Shown: piece by piece, positions 1-9,811 of the stretch
Layout of the letters: every line of letters starts with the position of its first letter
Numbering within the stretch: position 1 is the first letter of the stretch
Assembly (NCBI GenBank): GCA_949284575.1
Contig: CASDWO010000061.1
Span: 16,924 to 80,923, forward strand
Length of the DNA: 64,000 bases
Direction: 5' to 3'
DNA from: an uncultured bacterium
Lineage (GTDB): Bacteria > Bacillota_I > Bacilli_A > RF39 > UBA660
The notes under the pieces: generated by a model
What the model was told of the DNA's origin: nothing
Database searches by the model: none
The model's input: only the letters and a program-made list of their open reading frames with translations
Position numbers and translations under genes: made by a program

Positions 1-507
1 TGTCACAATTTCGTCCTTTTTGTAATTTTCATCTAAAACTCCATAAATAGGTGAAATAATAGGTGATGGTTTGAATTCGCGTTTTTCTTTTTGCTTAGAA
101 GCTCCACCATATTCATGAATTTTAATATTAGAATCTTTAAAGGAACCATATAGTTTTACTTCTTTTTCCTCTTTAGTGGCAGGTCTTTCTATGATCTCTT
201 CTTTTTTAGAAGGCCTTTTTTCTTCATGATGAACAATTTTTTCTTCTTTTTGTTTTTGTTCATCTAAATTTATAAAATCATCATCTAAAATAGCTTTAAA
301 TTTAAAATCCTTTTCAGGTTTAGGAGGCTCTTTTTTAGGTTCTTCAATTATAGCATCCTCTTTTTTTTCAGGCATTTTAGGTTTTGAATCTTCTATTATT
401 ATTTTTTTAGCGATAGGTTTTTCTTGTTTTTTAGGTTCTTTTTTCTCTTCCACTTCTACATATTCTTCTTCAAAAAGTGCATTTTTTAATTTATCTAATA
501 GTTTCAT
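1..507 (-). CDS. partial CDS (C-terminus outside window): Lys/Glu-rich protein whose N-terminus (MKLLDKLKNALFEEEYVEVEE...) resembles the amphipathic N-terminus of SepF-type cell-division proteins
   Basis: Open minus-strand frame from the window edge to ATG at 505-507, preceded by RBS GAGGTGAAAG. Low-complexity K/E/P-rich linker. Not in the ORF track because it is truncated. Confidence 0.35.
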   Translation of the reverse strand, partial: MKLLDKLKNALFEEEYVEVEEKKEPKKQEKPIAKKIIIEDSKPKMPEKKEDAIIEEPKKEPPKPEKDFKFKAILDDDFINLDEQKQKEEKIVHHEEKRPSKKEEIIERPATKEEKEVKLYGSFKDSNIKIHEYGGASKQKEKREFKPSPIISPIYGVLDENYKKDEIVT

Positions 508-522
508 AAACTTTCACCTCAT

Positions 523-1206
523 TTAGTTTTCTTCTATTTCTATTTTTTCTTCATTAGAATCAATATCATAGCCTTCATAAATACCATAACGTTCTTCATA
601 TTCTAGATATGTATCATTAGTAGCAGTACTACCTTTAGGCTTCATAACGTTGTAGGTATCTTCTTTATAGTCTAAAACTTTATTACCAATAATTGTCTCT
701 AAAACATTACGGTTAAACTGTAAAGATTTTAAGATGCTACTTATATTTATAATAGCACTTCTTAATGCATTTTCCTTAACAAAAACTTCTACTTTACCAT
801 AATTATACATATATTGAATAAAATAGTATTTATTATCATTTGTTTTTGTTATTTCTAAATATCCTTCTTTATTAGAATTAGATATTTTTTTTGATAAATA
901 GGCTTTCTTATTAACTGTGTAGTCTAAATTTTCTTTATTATAATAACTTATTACATCGATGTAGAAATAGTATCTATTATTATATTCATCTAAAAAAGTA
1001 GCATTATAATCATCTTTAGATATTAGCTTTAAACCTTTAGGAACATAATATTTATAGCCATCGAATACATTATTAACTAAATTATTATTATTTTCTAGCA
1101 TAGTATCTGTTAATTCTCCTAAATCTTTATTACTAAGGTTGGTACAACCAGTAATGGTAAAAGTTAAGAGAATCAAGAGAAATATTCTTTTTTTCAAGTT
1201 TCTCAC
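523..1206 (-). CDS. putative lipoprotein (signal peptide with lipobox LTFTITGC)
   Basis: N-terminus MRNLKKRIFLLILLTFTITGCTN has a hydrophobic core followed by Cys. Confidence 0.6.
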   Translation of the reverse strand: MRNLKKRIFLLILLTFTITGCTNLSNKDLGELTDTMLENNNNLVNNVFDGYKYYVPKGLKLISKDDYNATFLDEYNNRYYFYIDVISYYNKENLDYTVNKKAYLSKKISNSNKEGYLEITKTNDNKYYFIQYMYNYGKVEVFVKENALRSAIINISSILKSLQFNRNVLETIIGNKVLDYKEDTYNVMKPKGSTATNDTYLEYEERYGIYEGYDIDSNEEKIEIEEN

Positions 1207-1245
1207 CTACTCTTATAGTATTATAACAAATTAATAAGACGTTTG

Positions 1246-1872
1246 TCACTTCTTTTGTGCAAAAAGATGATAGACATTTTTCCCTTCTTTACTAAAACGT
1301 TCTTCATACTCACTCATAATAATATCGGTATTTGTTTTATGATAGTCGAATGAGATATCGCTTAAAGCATAATTATTACTACTTAATGATTCTATAGAAT
1401 AGATAAATAATTCTTCATTATCTGTTTTCATCTCAATAGTTTTTTTATCTTTAAAGATAGATTCATATTTATCAAGAAATATTTTACTAGTTAATCTTCT
1501 ATTGTACCATCTTTTTTTAGGCCAAGGATCTGAAAAGTTTAAATATATTAAAGATATTTCTTTAGAAAACACTTTATCAATTTCTAGAGCATTCATCCTA
1601 ATTAGTTTTAAATTTTCTAGATCGTTTGGAATTTTTTTAATCGCTTGGGCGATAACACTATCAAATTTTTCAATACCAATATAGTTAATATTTTTGTTTT
1701 TAAGGGCATTTTCTAAGACGAATTTTCCTTTTCCCATTCCTATTTCAATATAAATAGGATTATTATTATTAAAAATAGTCTGCCATTTACCTTTATAATC
1801 CTCAGGATTTTTAATTAAGTAATGACAATTATTTAATATTTCTTCTTTATTTTTTACATTTCTTAATCGCAT
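1246..1872 (-). CDS. trmB: tRNA (guanine-N7)-methyltransferase
   Basis: SAM-methyltransferase fold with TrmB signatures (IGIEKF..., NFSDPWPKKRW). Confidence 0.85.
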   Translation of the reverse strand: MRLRNVKNKEEILNNCHYLIKNPEDYKGKWQTIFNNNNPIYIEIGMGKGKFVLENALKNKNINYIGIEKFDSVIAQAIKKIPNDLENLKLIRMNALEIDKVFSKEISLIYLNFSDPWPKKRWYNRRLTSKIFLDKYESIFKDKKTIEMKTDNEELFIYSIESLSSNNYALSDISFDYHKTNTDIIMSEYEERFSKEGKNVYHLFAQKK

Positions 1873-1966
1873 AATAACTTCTCCTGTTTTTAATAATATA
1901 TATAGTATATTTTATCATAAAAAGATGATCTTTTGAATATAATATCTTGAAAGTGAGGTTAATTTT

Positions 1967-2215
1967 ATGAATCAAGGTATGCCTATGTGGCCAATGAATC
2001 CAAATATGAACCCAGGTATGGGTGGTGGACCTAATTTCAATAATAGTATTAATCAAAGACTTAATAGTTTAGAAAACCAAGTAAATAGACTTGAAAGACA
2101 AATGAGAAGACTAGAAAATCGTGTCAATAGAATTGAGTCCGCAATGATTAGTCCAAGAACTTATGATAGTCAATCTACTGGTTATGGTAATAGTAATGAT
2201 AAATATATGATGTAA
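1967..2215 (+). CDS. small Met/Pro/Gly-rich protein with a coiled-coil (NQVNRLERQMRRLENRVNRIE)
   Basis: Complete ORF with RBS GTGAGG upstream, followed by a hairpin plus T-run. Confidence 0.5.
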   Translation: MNQGMPMWPMNPNMNPGMGGGPNFNNSINQRLNSLENQVNRLERQMRRLENRVNRIESAMISPRTYDSQSTGYGNSNDKYMM

Positions 2216-2220
2216 TTTTA

Positions 2221-2240
2221 AGGAGCTTAGGCTCTTTTTT
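2221..2240 (+). terminator. short hairpin (GGAGC-TTAG-GCTCT) plus T6 after the small ORF
   Basis: seen in sequence. Confidence 0.4.
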
Positions 2241-2271
2241 GATTAGAGAAAAAAAATTGGGCATACTAAAA

Positions 2272-2300
2272 TTGACAGTTAATAGTAAATAAATTATACT
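2272..2300 (+). promoter_or_regulatory. sigma-A-like promoter TTGACA-17-TATACT upstream of FemAB paralog 1
   Basis: TTGACA 2272-2277, 17-nt spacer, TATACT 2295-2300. Confidence 0.55.
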
Positions 2301-2312
2301 TTAATATAGGTT

Positions 2313-3623
2313 GTGATAGAAATGGAATTAAGAGTTTTAGAAAAAAAAGAATATGAAAGTTTTGTAAAGAATAATCCTTATAAGAGTCATTTTTTACAGT
2401 CCTATGATTGGGGAGAATTAGCTAAAGAAGAAAGAGGGCTTACACCTTATTATTTAGGACTTGATAATGAAGGGGAAATTGTAGGAGCAACTCTTTTATT
2501 AAAAAAGAATTTACCTTTAGGATTATGTTATTTATATGCTCCAAGAGGTTATGTAATTGACTTTAAGAACAAAGAAATGCTTGACTTATTTACAGAAGAG
2601 ATTGTTAAATTTGCGAAAAGGAAAAAAGCAATTTACGTAAAGATTGATCCTGATATTATATGGAAGAAGGAAGACTATAAAGGTGAAGTGACAGAAGTTG
2701 AGTCTAAAGATAAAAATATTTATAATGAGTTACTTAGGTTAGGTTATAAGCATATGGGATTTACTAAGAATTTTGAAACTATGCAACCTAGGTATACTTT
2801 TAGAATTGATTTAAAGCAGTCTATGGAGGAAATTGAGAATCATTTTTCAAAGACTACAAAGCAAAGAATTGCTAAATCCCTTAAGCTTAAGACTAAAGTT
2901 GAAATAGGAACTGGGAAAGATATATCAACTTTTTATCATTTAATGATGTTAACGGAATCTAGAAAAGATTTTATCTCTTATGGAATTGATTATTATAAGA
3001 CTCTATATAAATTATTTAATGAAGATAATAAGGCAACTTTGTTTTTAGGTAAAGTTAATATTAAAGATAGTTTAGAAGTATTAAATAGTGACTTAGAAGA
3101 AGTTAATAAAAAGATAGAGGAACTTCCTAAAGAGAATATGTCAAAGAGTGCTAAGAATAAACTTAAAGAGTTAACAAGACAAAAAGAAAACTTAGAAAAA
3201 GAAGTAGATAAATATTCTACTTATTTAAAAGAATATGGTAAGGAAGTTACTCTTTCTGCCCATATGATTTTAGAGTATGGTGATAAAGCTTGGGTACTTT
3301 ATGCAGGAAATCATAATATTTTGACTGAGACTTATGTTAATTATCATACTTATTATGAACATTTGAAGTTTTGTAAAGAACGAGGTTTAAAGATTTATGA
3401 TCAATTTGGAACGATTGGTGATTTATCTAAAGATAATCCGAGACTAGGGCTACATGAATTTAAGAGAAAATTTGGAGGAGATTATATTGAATTTATGGGA
3501 GAATTTGATTATGTGATTAAGCCTTTCTATTATTTTGCTTTTACAAAGTTAGTTCCCTTATATAGGAATATAGTTAAGAAAAGAAAAAAGAAAGAGCTTC
3601 AAGACGAAGTTAAAGAAAAGTAG
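2313..3623 (+). CDS. FemAB-family peptidoglycan aminoacyltransferase (tRNA-dependent interpeptide-bridge formation), paralog 1
   Basis: FemAB N-domain (SFLQSYDWGELAKEERGLTPYYLG... YLYAPRG) with a central coiled-coil insert typical of FemA/FemX. Alternative start MELRVL at 2322. Confidence 0.85.
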   Translation: MIEMELRVLEKKEYESFVKNNPYKSHFLQSYDWGELAKEERGLTPYYLGLDNEGEIVGATLLLKKNLPLGLCYLYAPRGYVIDFKNKEMLDLFTEEIVKFAKRKKAIYVKIDPDIIWKKEDYKGEVTEVESKDKNIYNELLRLGYKHMGFTKNFETMQPRYTFRIDLKQSMEEIENHFSKTTKQRIAKSLKLKTKVEIGTGKDISTFYHLMMLTESRKDFISYGIDYYKTLYKLFNEDNKATLFLGKVNIKDSLEVLNSDLEEVNKKIEELPKENMSKSAKNKLKELTRQKENLEKEVDKYSTYLKEYGKEVTLSAHMILEYGDKAWVLYAGNHNILTETYVNYHTYYEHLKFCKERGLKIYDQFGTIGDLSKDNPRLGLHEFKRKFGGDYIEFMGEFDYVIKPFYYFAFTKLVPLYRNIVKKRKKKELQDEVKEK

Positions 3624-3650
3624 AGATGGATTATTGATCTCTACTTTTTT
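3620..3650 (+). terminator. rho-independent terminator (GTAGAGAT...ATCTCTAC + T6) overlapping the femAB-1 stop codon
   Basis: seen in sequence. Confidence 0.65.
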
Positions 3651-3776
3651 ATTATTCATGTCTATTATATTTTTTTACTTTTAGCATTAATACTAATTGA
3701 ATTTAATTCATCACCTATTTATATTATGATATACCTTTATATATTTGTAAAGTTATTCCACTCACTGGAATAACTT

Positions 3777-4787
3777 TTATTTTAACTCAAATCTTATTTT
3801 GCCTTTACCATTAGATGAAGTAATTGTAGCGATAGCTCCATTTATTATAGTCATTCTAGGAGCAACGTGCCCTATATCTGTGTTAATAATTATAGGGATA
3901 TTTAAGTCTTTTAAAGATTCATAAATTGCTTCTTCATAAGAAATATCATAATAACTATTACAAGCATAAACTCTACTGAAAAGTATTCCTTTGGTATATT
4001 TAAAATAACAATTATCTTTTAGTTTCCAAAGGATTCTAATAATAGATTCACTAGATAACTCACAAACATCAAAGTACCAAATAATACCATCATCTTTATA
4101 CTTTTCTAGAAAATCTTTAGTTTTATCAAATCTTGTACCGAAAAGATCTGTAATAATATCAAGACAACCACCAATCATTCTTCCTTTTATGTTAATAGCA
4201 TCTTTATTATTTAAATTTTTCCAATATACTTTCTTTGTTAGATTAAAAGGTTCTAATCCTGTTATTAATTTCTTATCTTCTTCATATTTAGAAAAGTTTG
4301 TCTGTTCTACCATATTACCTTTTAATATTTTAAGATTATTTTCTAATGATTGATGCCATGGTTCCATTCCAAAAGATTTGAAATTATCAGAGTAAACTGT
4401 GGCTATATCTAGGTTAGTTGTAACCATAAATAGTAAGCCTGTTGGATCGGAATAGCCTTGTAACCATTTAGGATTTTCTTTAATAACATTAAAGTCTACT
4501 TCACTTAACATTTCAAGTAAGAAATCTCCTCCACCAGATGTAATAATTGTTTTAACATTATCGTCTTTATAGAGGCTTTCTAGCTCCTCTGCTCTTTCTT
4601 TAGAAGAACTGCTTCTTCCTTTAACACTACATCTAACATTAGGTGTTTCTTTTATGTTAAAGCCACGTTTCTCAAAGTTTTTAATGGCATTATCTAATCT
4701 TTTAAGTTTAATTTTATCTGTGATACCATCTGATGGTGCAGTTACACCAATAGTATCTTTTTCTTTTAGAAATTCTGGATAAATCAT
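3777..4787 (-). CDS. ldcA: LD-carboxypeptidase (peptidase S66, LdcA/MccF-like muropeptide recycling)
   Basis: S66 family signatures (GVTAPSDGI..., SGGGDFLLEMLSEVDF). ATG at 4787 has RBS AGAGGAGGA. The ORF-track start at 4805 is a TTG extension. ATGA overlap with the upstream gene. Confidence 0.8.
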   Translation of the reverse strand: MIYPEFLKEKDTIGVTAPSDGITDKIKLKRLDNAIKNFEKRGFNIKETPNVRCSVKGRSSSSKERAEELESLYKDDNVKTIITSGGGDFLLEMLSEVDFNVIKENPKWLQGYSDPTGLLFMVTTNLDIATVYSDNFKSFGMEPWHQSLENNLKILKGNMVEQTNFSKYEEDKKLITGLEPFNLTKKVYWKNLNNKDAINIKGRMIGGCLDIITDLFGTRFDKTKDFLEKYKDDGIIWYFDVCELSSESIIRILWKLKDNCYFKYTKGILFSRVYACNSYYDISYEEAIYESLKDLNIPIIINTDIGHVAPRMTIINGAIATITSSNGKGKIRFELK

Positions 4788-5380
4788 AAGTCCTCCTCTT
4801 TCCAAGGCATAATCGTTAACTTAGGCCATTTCTTTTTCCATTTATTTACTTTCTTTATGTAATCAGTTTCTTTAAAATCTATTTTTACGGGTCTTATTAT
4901 CATATTAAACAAATCATTAAGTCCATAGGGAGCATCTACTATTAATTTATTATTTTCTAGTCTTACTCCTATACAAGTTATAGTTGTTCCCCATCTACTA
5001 ACTGCATCTTCTAAACTTACATATGGCTTTCTATTATCATTATATTTTTTATTGTACCACAAATGCACTCTTGCTTCGTTTTTTATATCTAGTTTTATAT
5101 TTAAATCACTTAATAAATCTTCTACATATTTAATTACTATATCTTCTTTTTCATAAGATGTATCTTCATCATAATAGACAATATCATAATCATTTATATT
5201 TGCATCTATTTTAAAACCATGTAGATAGTTAAAAACAGTTTGATTAATACATCCTGCTCCTACATAATAATTTTTTAAGTTAGATTTCTCTAATCTCCTT
5301 AATACTTCTTTTAAAGTTTCATTTTTGAATAGTATTTCTTCTAAATCTTTTAATTGTTCGTTTAAGTTTTTACTTTCCAT
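4784..5380 (-). CDS. nucleotidyltransferase-fold protein (uncharacterised NTase family)
   Basis: Motif YYVGAGCINQTVFNY...DYDIVYYDEDTSYEKED resembles minimal nucleotidyltransferase proteins. Translationally coupled to ldcA. Confidence 0.55.
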   Translation of the reverse strand: MESKNLNEQLKDLEEILFKNETLKEVLRRLEKSNLKNYYVGAGCINQTVFNYLHGFKIDANINDYDIVYYDEDTSYEKEDIVIKYVEDLLSDLNIKLDIKNEARVHLWYNKKYNDNRKPYVSLEDAVSRWGTTITCIGVRLENNKLIVDAPYGLNDLFNMIIRPVKIDFKETDYIKKVNKWKKKWPKLTIMPWKEEDL

Positions 5381-5388
5381 AGTACTCC

Positions 5389-6612
5389 TTAATGTCTTAT
5401 TTTATGGATTAGTTTTATTAAATAATAAACTGGAGATGTCTTTATTTCAAACTCACCTATTAACTCTTCTACAAAACCATTAAAGCCTGTTTTAAATTCA
5501 TAGATACCATAGTCTTTATCACTTTTATCAAAGGTGTTAGGAATACCATAAAAATTATATCTTTCAAAGTTATGCTCTATAGCATATTTGATCATTTCCC
5601 ACTGAATTAAATATTGTGAATTATACATCATAAACTCTTCATAGTTACCACTTGATAAATAGATTATTTCAGGATCCGTCATAATAAACATAGAACCTGA
5701 TAGAGTTATGACATTTCCATGTTCTTTTTTAATAGACTCTGCTTCTTTTATTCTTTTATTTATCCCGTTAATAGCATCATTTATAGACTTTCTTTTACCA
5801 TCATTATATTTAGCATCCGATAGTTTTGATAATTCTTTAGATTTTTCTTCCTTTTCTTTATTTAAAAGTTCTAAATGTTTATCTAAGTCTAATTTAGTTA
5901 TTAAATATTTTATCTCGTCTTTTGGTTTAAATAAATCATACATATTCTCAAAATATGCTAGGTTTCTAATGGCAAAACCTTTTCTTTTACCAGTCTCTTC
6001 CATAATCTTATAGAATTCTTTTAAATCTTTTTTTTCTAGTTCAATTATTTCTATACCATTTTTTAGAGTCTTTCTAATCGTATTTCTAGTATTAGGTTTC
6101 ATATTCTTTAGTATTTCATCTTCTGTTTTATCTTTAATATCTAAAACATACATCCAAGATACTTGTTCGCGTTTTTCAAGAGGAAGTAGTTTAAAGCCTA
6201 ATGACTTTATTTCATCTATTATTTTAGTATTATCAATTCCCTCTTCTACTACTTCGCCTTTACCATTACGTTCTTTATTTATGACATAAGGATCAATTCT
6301 TAGAACATAACCTTGGTGTTTTTTAACGAAAGTAGTTAATAATTTTAGAAACTCAGTTAACGTTTTTTCATCATTATAATCTACTAAAGGTCCACGTGGG
6401 GTATAAAATTCATACTTGTTAAAGTGTCTTTTTTTACCAACAAGAAGGGTTGCTCCTACTAACTTGTCATCATCATATAGTCCTAAATAATAAGAAGTCC
6501 AACCATTTAATTCTCTTAGTTTACCTATTTCTTCTGTTTGCATAAAAGTCCTATAAGGACTCTTTTTAGCATAATCTTCAAATGTCTTAACAGCTATTTC
6601 TTTTAATGTCAT
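5389..6612 (-). CDS. FemAB-family peptidoglycan aminoacyltransferase, paralog 2
   Basis: FemAB N- and C-domains with a coiled-coil insert (LNKEKEEKSKELSKL). Confidence 0.85.
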   Translation of the reverse strand: MTLKEIAVKTFEDYAKKSPYRTFMQTEEIGKLRELNGWTSYYLGLYDDDKLVGATLLVGKKRHFNKYEFYTPRGPLVDYNDEKTLTEFLKLLTTFVKKHQGYVLRIDPYVINKERNGKGEVVEEGIDNTKIIDEIKSLGFKLLPLEKREQVSWMYVLDIKDKTEDEILKNMKPNTRNTIRKTLKNGIEIIELEKKDLKEFYKIMEETGKRKGFAIRNLAYFENMYDLFKPKDEIKYLITKLDLDKHLELLNKEKEEKSKELSKLSDAKYNDGKRKSINDAINGINKRIKEAESIKKEHGNVITLSGSMFIMTDPEIIYLSSGNYEEFMMYNSQYLIQWEMIKYAIEHNFERYNFYGIPNTFDKSDKDYGIYEFKTGFNGFVEELIGEFEIKTSPVYYLIKLIHKIRH

Positions 6613-6613
6613 T

Positions 6614-8284
6614 TTATTTCCTCCTAAACTTACTAGTTATCTTATTTATTAGTTTGCTCCCAAATACTTCTTCTATTAAATTAAATCTATGAGCGACAAA
6701 GAAATATACTATTACACCAATAATAGCATAGATAGCGATAATTGGAATATTTAATAATCTTACTGATGAAGAAATTGGTATTACTAGTTTTACAATACTT
6801 AATACAACAAGCATAGCGATATCTGCTAGTAATATTTTACCTAATAGTTTAACTGTTGGCATATAACTTACACCACATTTTCTTTTTAGGAAGATTAAAC
6901 ATAGAATAATACCTACGGCATAACCTAGTATTGTTGCAGTTATTGAACCATAAACTGGTACAAAACCTAAGTTATGGAAAAGGTTTATTAGAGGAACATT
7001 TAATACTAATTTTATTAATACTCCTACTACTAGAGAAATTAAAACTTCTTTATAGTATTTTAAGACTTGTACTATTGATACTAAAGCTGTATAAGTTGAG
7101 ATTGTTAAAGCGACAAAGACAAAGTATTTAATGATTACCGCACCGTATTCTGAATTATTACCATAGAATACTTCCCAGACAGGTTCACTTAAGAATGATA
7201 ATCCTAAAGTCATAGGAACTGATATGAATAATAATACTTGTAATGTTTGATTTATCTTATGATGGATATCTTTTTTATCTTTCTTAACAGATGCAGAAGT
7301 TAAGTTTGGTATTAAACTTACAATGATACCAGTTGAAATAGAAACAATTATCATATTTATTTTATTACCCCAAGTAGAAATTACACTCATAATATTTTCA
7401 GCATTTATAGTTGTAAGCCCGACATCATTTACCATTGTTTTGACAACTGTAGTCATATCAATAAAGTCATAACATGATTTAAAAACATCAATCATAATGA
7501 AAGGTAGGGCATACCAGAATATTTTTATTAGTATTTCTTTAGTCTTGATTACAGGTTCATCTACTTCAAGAGTCTTTTCATGAAGTTGTTTTTTGTTTTT
7601 TCTAACCTTATCTAATAGATAGAAATAAGCGAATATTGCTCCTGCTGTCGCCCCAAATACAGCGATACCTACTCCTGTTTGTAAAGATAGATGAAAGACA
7701 TTAATAGCAAGGAAACTACCCGCAACTATAATAATTACTCTTACTAGTTGTTCTAGTACTTGACTAATAGAAGGAGGTGTTATAAATTTGTGTCCTTCAA
7801 GGTAGCCTCTATAAATACTAAGAGTTGGAACAATTAAAATAGCTGTTGCAATTACTCTTACTACCATTGTTACATCTTCAATAGTATTACCACCTTCTAA
7901 GTCACCAAGAATTGCTCTTGCAATAGATGGAGCGAAGATAAAGAGAATTATAAAAATGGCTATACCCATAATAATGGCAATCTTCCGTCCTAATTTAAAG
8001 GCTTTTTCTTTAGCATTATAATAACCTAGTGTTTGATATTCACTAATTATTTTACTAATGGCATTAGGAATACCAGCACAACTTAGGGATTGAAATAAAT
8101 TATAAATTGTATAAGCATATCCATATAAAGCACCGCCACTACCACCAATAATAGCATAAAATGGTATTACATAAAGCATACCTAGTATTTTACTACCTAC
8201 GATTCCAAGAGTGGCAATAAAAGCTCCATTTAGAAAGGAGTTTTGCTTTAATTCTTTAGTCTTTTTTGTTTTATTCTTAGCCAT
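6614..8284 (-). CDS. MOP-superfamily flippase (MurJ/YtgP/SpoVB-like putative lipid II / polysaccharide flippase)
   Basis: About 14 predicted TM helices with a polysaccharide-biosynthesis-protein N-terminus (FLNGAFIATLGIVGSKILGMLYVIPFYAIIG). Start is probably MAKNK at 8284 (RBS GGAGGA). The ORF-track start at 8320 is an extension. Confidence 0.75.
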   Translation of the reverse strand: MAKNKTKKTKELKQNSFLNGAFIATLGIVGSKILGMLYVIPFYAIIGGSGGALYGYAYTIYNLFQSLSCAGIPNAISKIISEYQTLGYYNAKEKAFKLGRKIAIIMGIAIFIILFIFAPSIARAILGDLEGGNTIEDVTMVVRVIATAILIVPTLSIYRGYLEGHKFITPPSISQVLEQLVRVIIIVAGSFLAINVFHLSLQTGVGIAVFGATAGAIFAYFYLLDKVRKNKKQLHEKTLEVDEPVIKTKEILIKIFWYALPFIMIDVFKSCYDFIDMTTVVKTMVNDVGLTTINAENIMSVISTWGNKINMIIVSISTGIIVSLIPNLTSASVKKDKKDIHHKINQTLQVLLFISVPMTLGLSFLSEPVWEVFYGNNSEYGAVIIKYFVFVALTISTYTALVSIVQVLKYYKEVLISLVVGVLIKLVLNVPLINLFHNLGFVPVYGSITATILGYAVGIILCLIFLKRKCGVSYMPTVKLLGKILLADIAMLVVLSIVKLVIPISSSVRLLNIPIIAIYAIIGVIVYFFVAHRFNLIEEVFGSKLINKITSKFRRK

Positions 8285-8371
8285 ATTTATGTCCTCCAAT
8301 TTCTTTAAATATAATATCATATTATTGAAAAGTTTTAAAGTAACTTGTATAATTAAAGAGGATGGAGGGAT

Positions 8372-9625
8372 TTGATGGAACTAAGAGAACTTTCAAAAAC
8401 AGAATTTGATAGTTATGCTCTTAATCACCCCTTAGGTAGTTTTCAACAAACAAGCTTTTGGGGGAGATTTATGGAAGGAGATAAATTTCATGCTTATTAT
8501 GTTGGGGGATTTATTAAAGAAAGACTTGTCGGTGCTAGTTTACTTCTTTCTTATGAGAGAAAAAAAGGAGAAAAAAGAATTTTTTATGCTCCACGTGGCT
8601 TTTTAATAGATTATAAAAATGAGGAATTATTAAAAGAATTTACCGAAGAAGTTAAAAAGTTTATCATTGAAAAACATGGTGTATTTTTAAAAATTGATCC
8701 TTATATTTTAGTAAGAGATAGAGATAGTGAAGGAAATATTATAGAAGGTGGAGTCTATAATGACTTTGTAGAAGTTAATCTTACTAATGCAGGTTTTATG
8801 AAGGTTAATGATAATATCCAACCTAAATGGCTTAGTAGAATTAATTTAAAAGAAAAAACTATTGATGATATCTTCAGTAAATTTAGTTCTAAAGCAAGAC
8901 AAACTATTAGAAGAAATGAACGACTTGGGTTTAAGATTCGTGATTTAAATTTTGAAAATATAAAGAGATTCTTAAGTATAATTGATCTAGAAAGAAAAAG
9001 GTATAAAATTATTACTCCTACAGAAACTTTCTATAAAGATTTAAAACAAGCTTTTGATGGTAATATTAAATTTAAGGAAGTTTATTTTAAAAAAGATGAG
9101 GTTATTAATAACATTGATAAGATGATTTTAGATGTTAACAAGGAAAAGCAAGATAGAATAAATAATTATCATAATTCAAAAATGACGGAAGAGTATTTTA
9201 TTGATAAAGAATTAGAGGCTTTAGAAGAAATTAAAAGATTAGAAAATTTAAAAGAATATTTTTCTAAATGTGATGATGATGTTAGTATGGGAATTTATAT
9301 GTTTATAACTATAGGTAATGAAGTTGTAGCTTTAAATGGAGGAATAATAGATGAATATAATAAATTAGATGCATCTTATACTCTCCATTATGAAATGATT
9401 AAGTATGCATTAGATAATGGTTATAAGTATTATAATTTATATGAAATCGGTGACATTACTGATTCTAATAATAAATTAAAAAATTCATATAATTATAAAA
9501 AGAACTTTGGAGGAGAAGTTGTTGAATTAGTTGGAGAGTATGATTTAGTAATCGATCCTAAATATACTGATATGGCAAGAAAATATTTTCCAGAGTATTT
9601 AGGAGTTAAAACTATATTTAAGTAA
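8372..9625 (+). CDS. FemAB-family peptidoglycan aminoacyltransferase, paralog 3
   Basis: FemAB signatures (GSFQQTSFWGRF..., FYAPRGFLIDY) with a coiled-coil insert. Confidence 0.85.
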   Translation: MMELRELSKTEFDSYALNHPLGSFQQTSFWGRFMEGDKFHAYYVGGFIKERLVGASLLLSYERKKGEKRIFYAPRGFLIDYKNEELLKEFTEEVKKFIIEKHGVFLKIDPYILVRDRDSEGNIIEGGVYNDFVEVNLTNAGFMKVNDNIQPKWLSRINLKEKTIDDIFSKFSSKARQTIRRNERLGFKIRDLNFENIKRFLSIIDLERKRYKIITPTETFYKDLKQAFDGNIKFKEVYFKKDEVINNIDKMILDVNKEKQDRINNYHNSKMTEEYFIDKELEALEEIKRLENLKEYFSKCDDDVSMGIYMFITIGNEVVALNGGIIDEYNKLDASYTLHYEMIKYALDNGYKYYNLYEIGDITDSNNKLKNSYNYKKNFGGEVVELVGEYDLVIDPKYTDMARKYFPEYLGVKTIFK

Positions 9626-9643
9626 TTTTACACATTTGATACT

Positions 9644-9672
9644 TTGACAATTATATAGAAATATGATATTAT
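9644..9672 (+). promoter_or_regulatory. sigma-A-like promoter TTGACA-17-TATTAT flanked by inverted repeat CTTTGACAA / TTGTCAAAG
   Basis: TTGACA 9644-9649 and TATTAT 9667-9672. The palindrome arms 9642-9650 and 9676-9684 bracket the -35 element and the TSS. Confidence 0.5.
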
Positions 9673-9811
9673 GTATTTGTCAAAGAAATTGACATAAAAT
9701 AAAAATGAATACATCTATTAGAATAGATGCTTTCAAAAGATGTTTTTTATAGGGCATCTAATTCCATAAGGAATTAGATGTTATTATTATCTATAAATAA
9801 GGGAGATAATA

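Noticed and set aside
1502-1684. Short opposite-strand ORFs inside well-supported genes at 1502-1684, 1847-2056, 5708-6013, 6931-7131, 15871-16176, 18471-18701, 21829-22014, 22387-22692, 23333-23572, 24059-24397, 25300-25485, 25641-25877, 27282-27524, 28046-28288, 35336-35773, 38338-38583, 50293-50502, 52350-52559, 54387-54575, 60647-60835 and 62596-62811.
   Set aside because: All are antisense to conserved housekeeping CDSs. They have no RBS and their composition follows from the sense-strand codon bias. They are typical spurious frames in an AT-rich genome.
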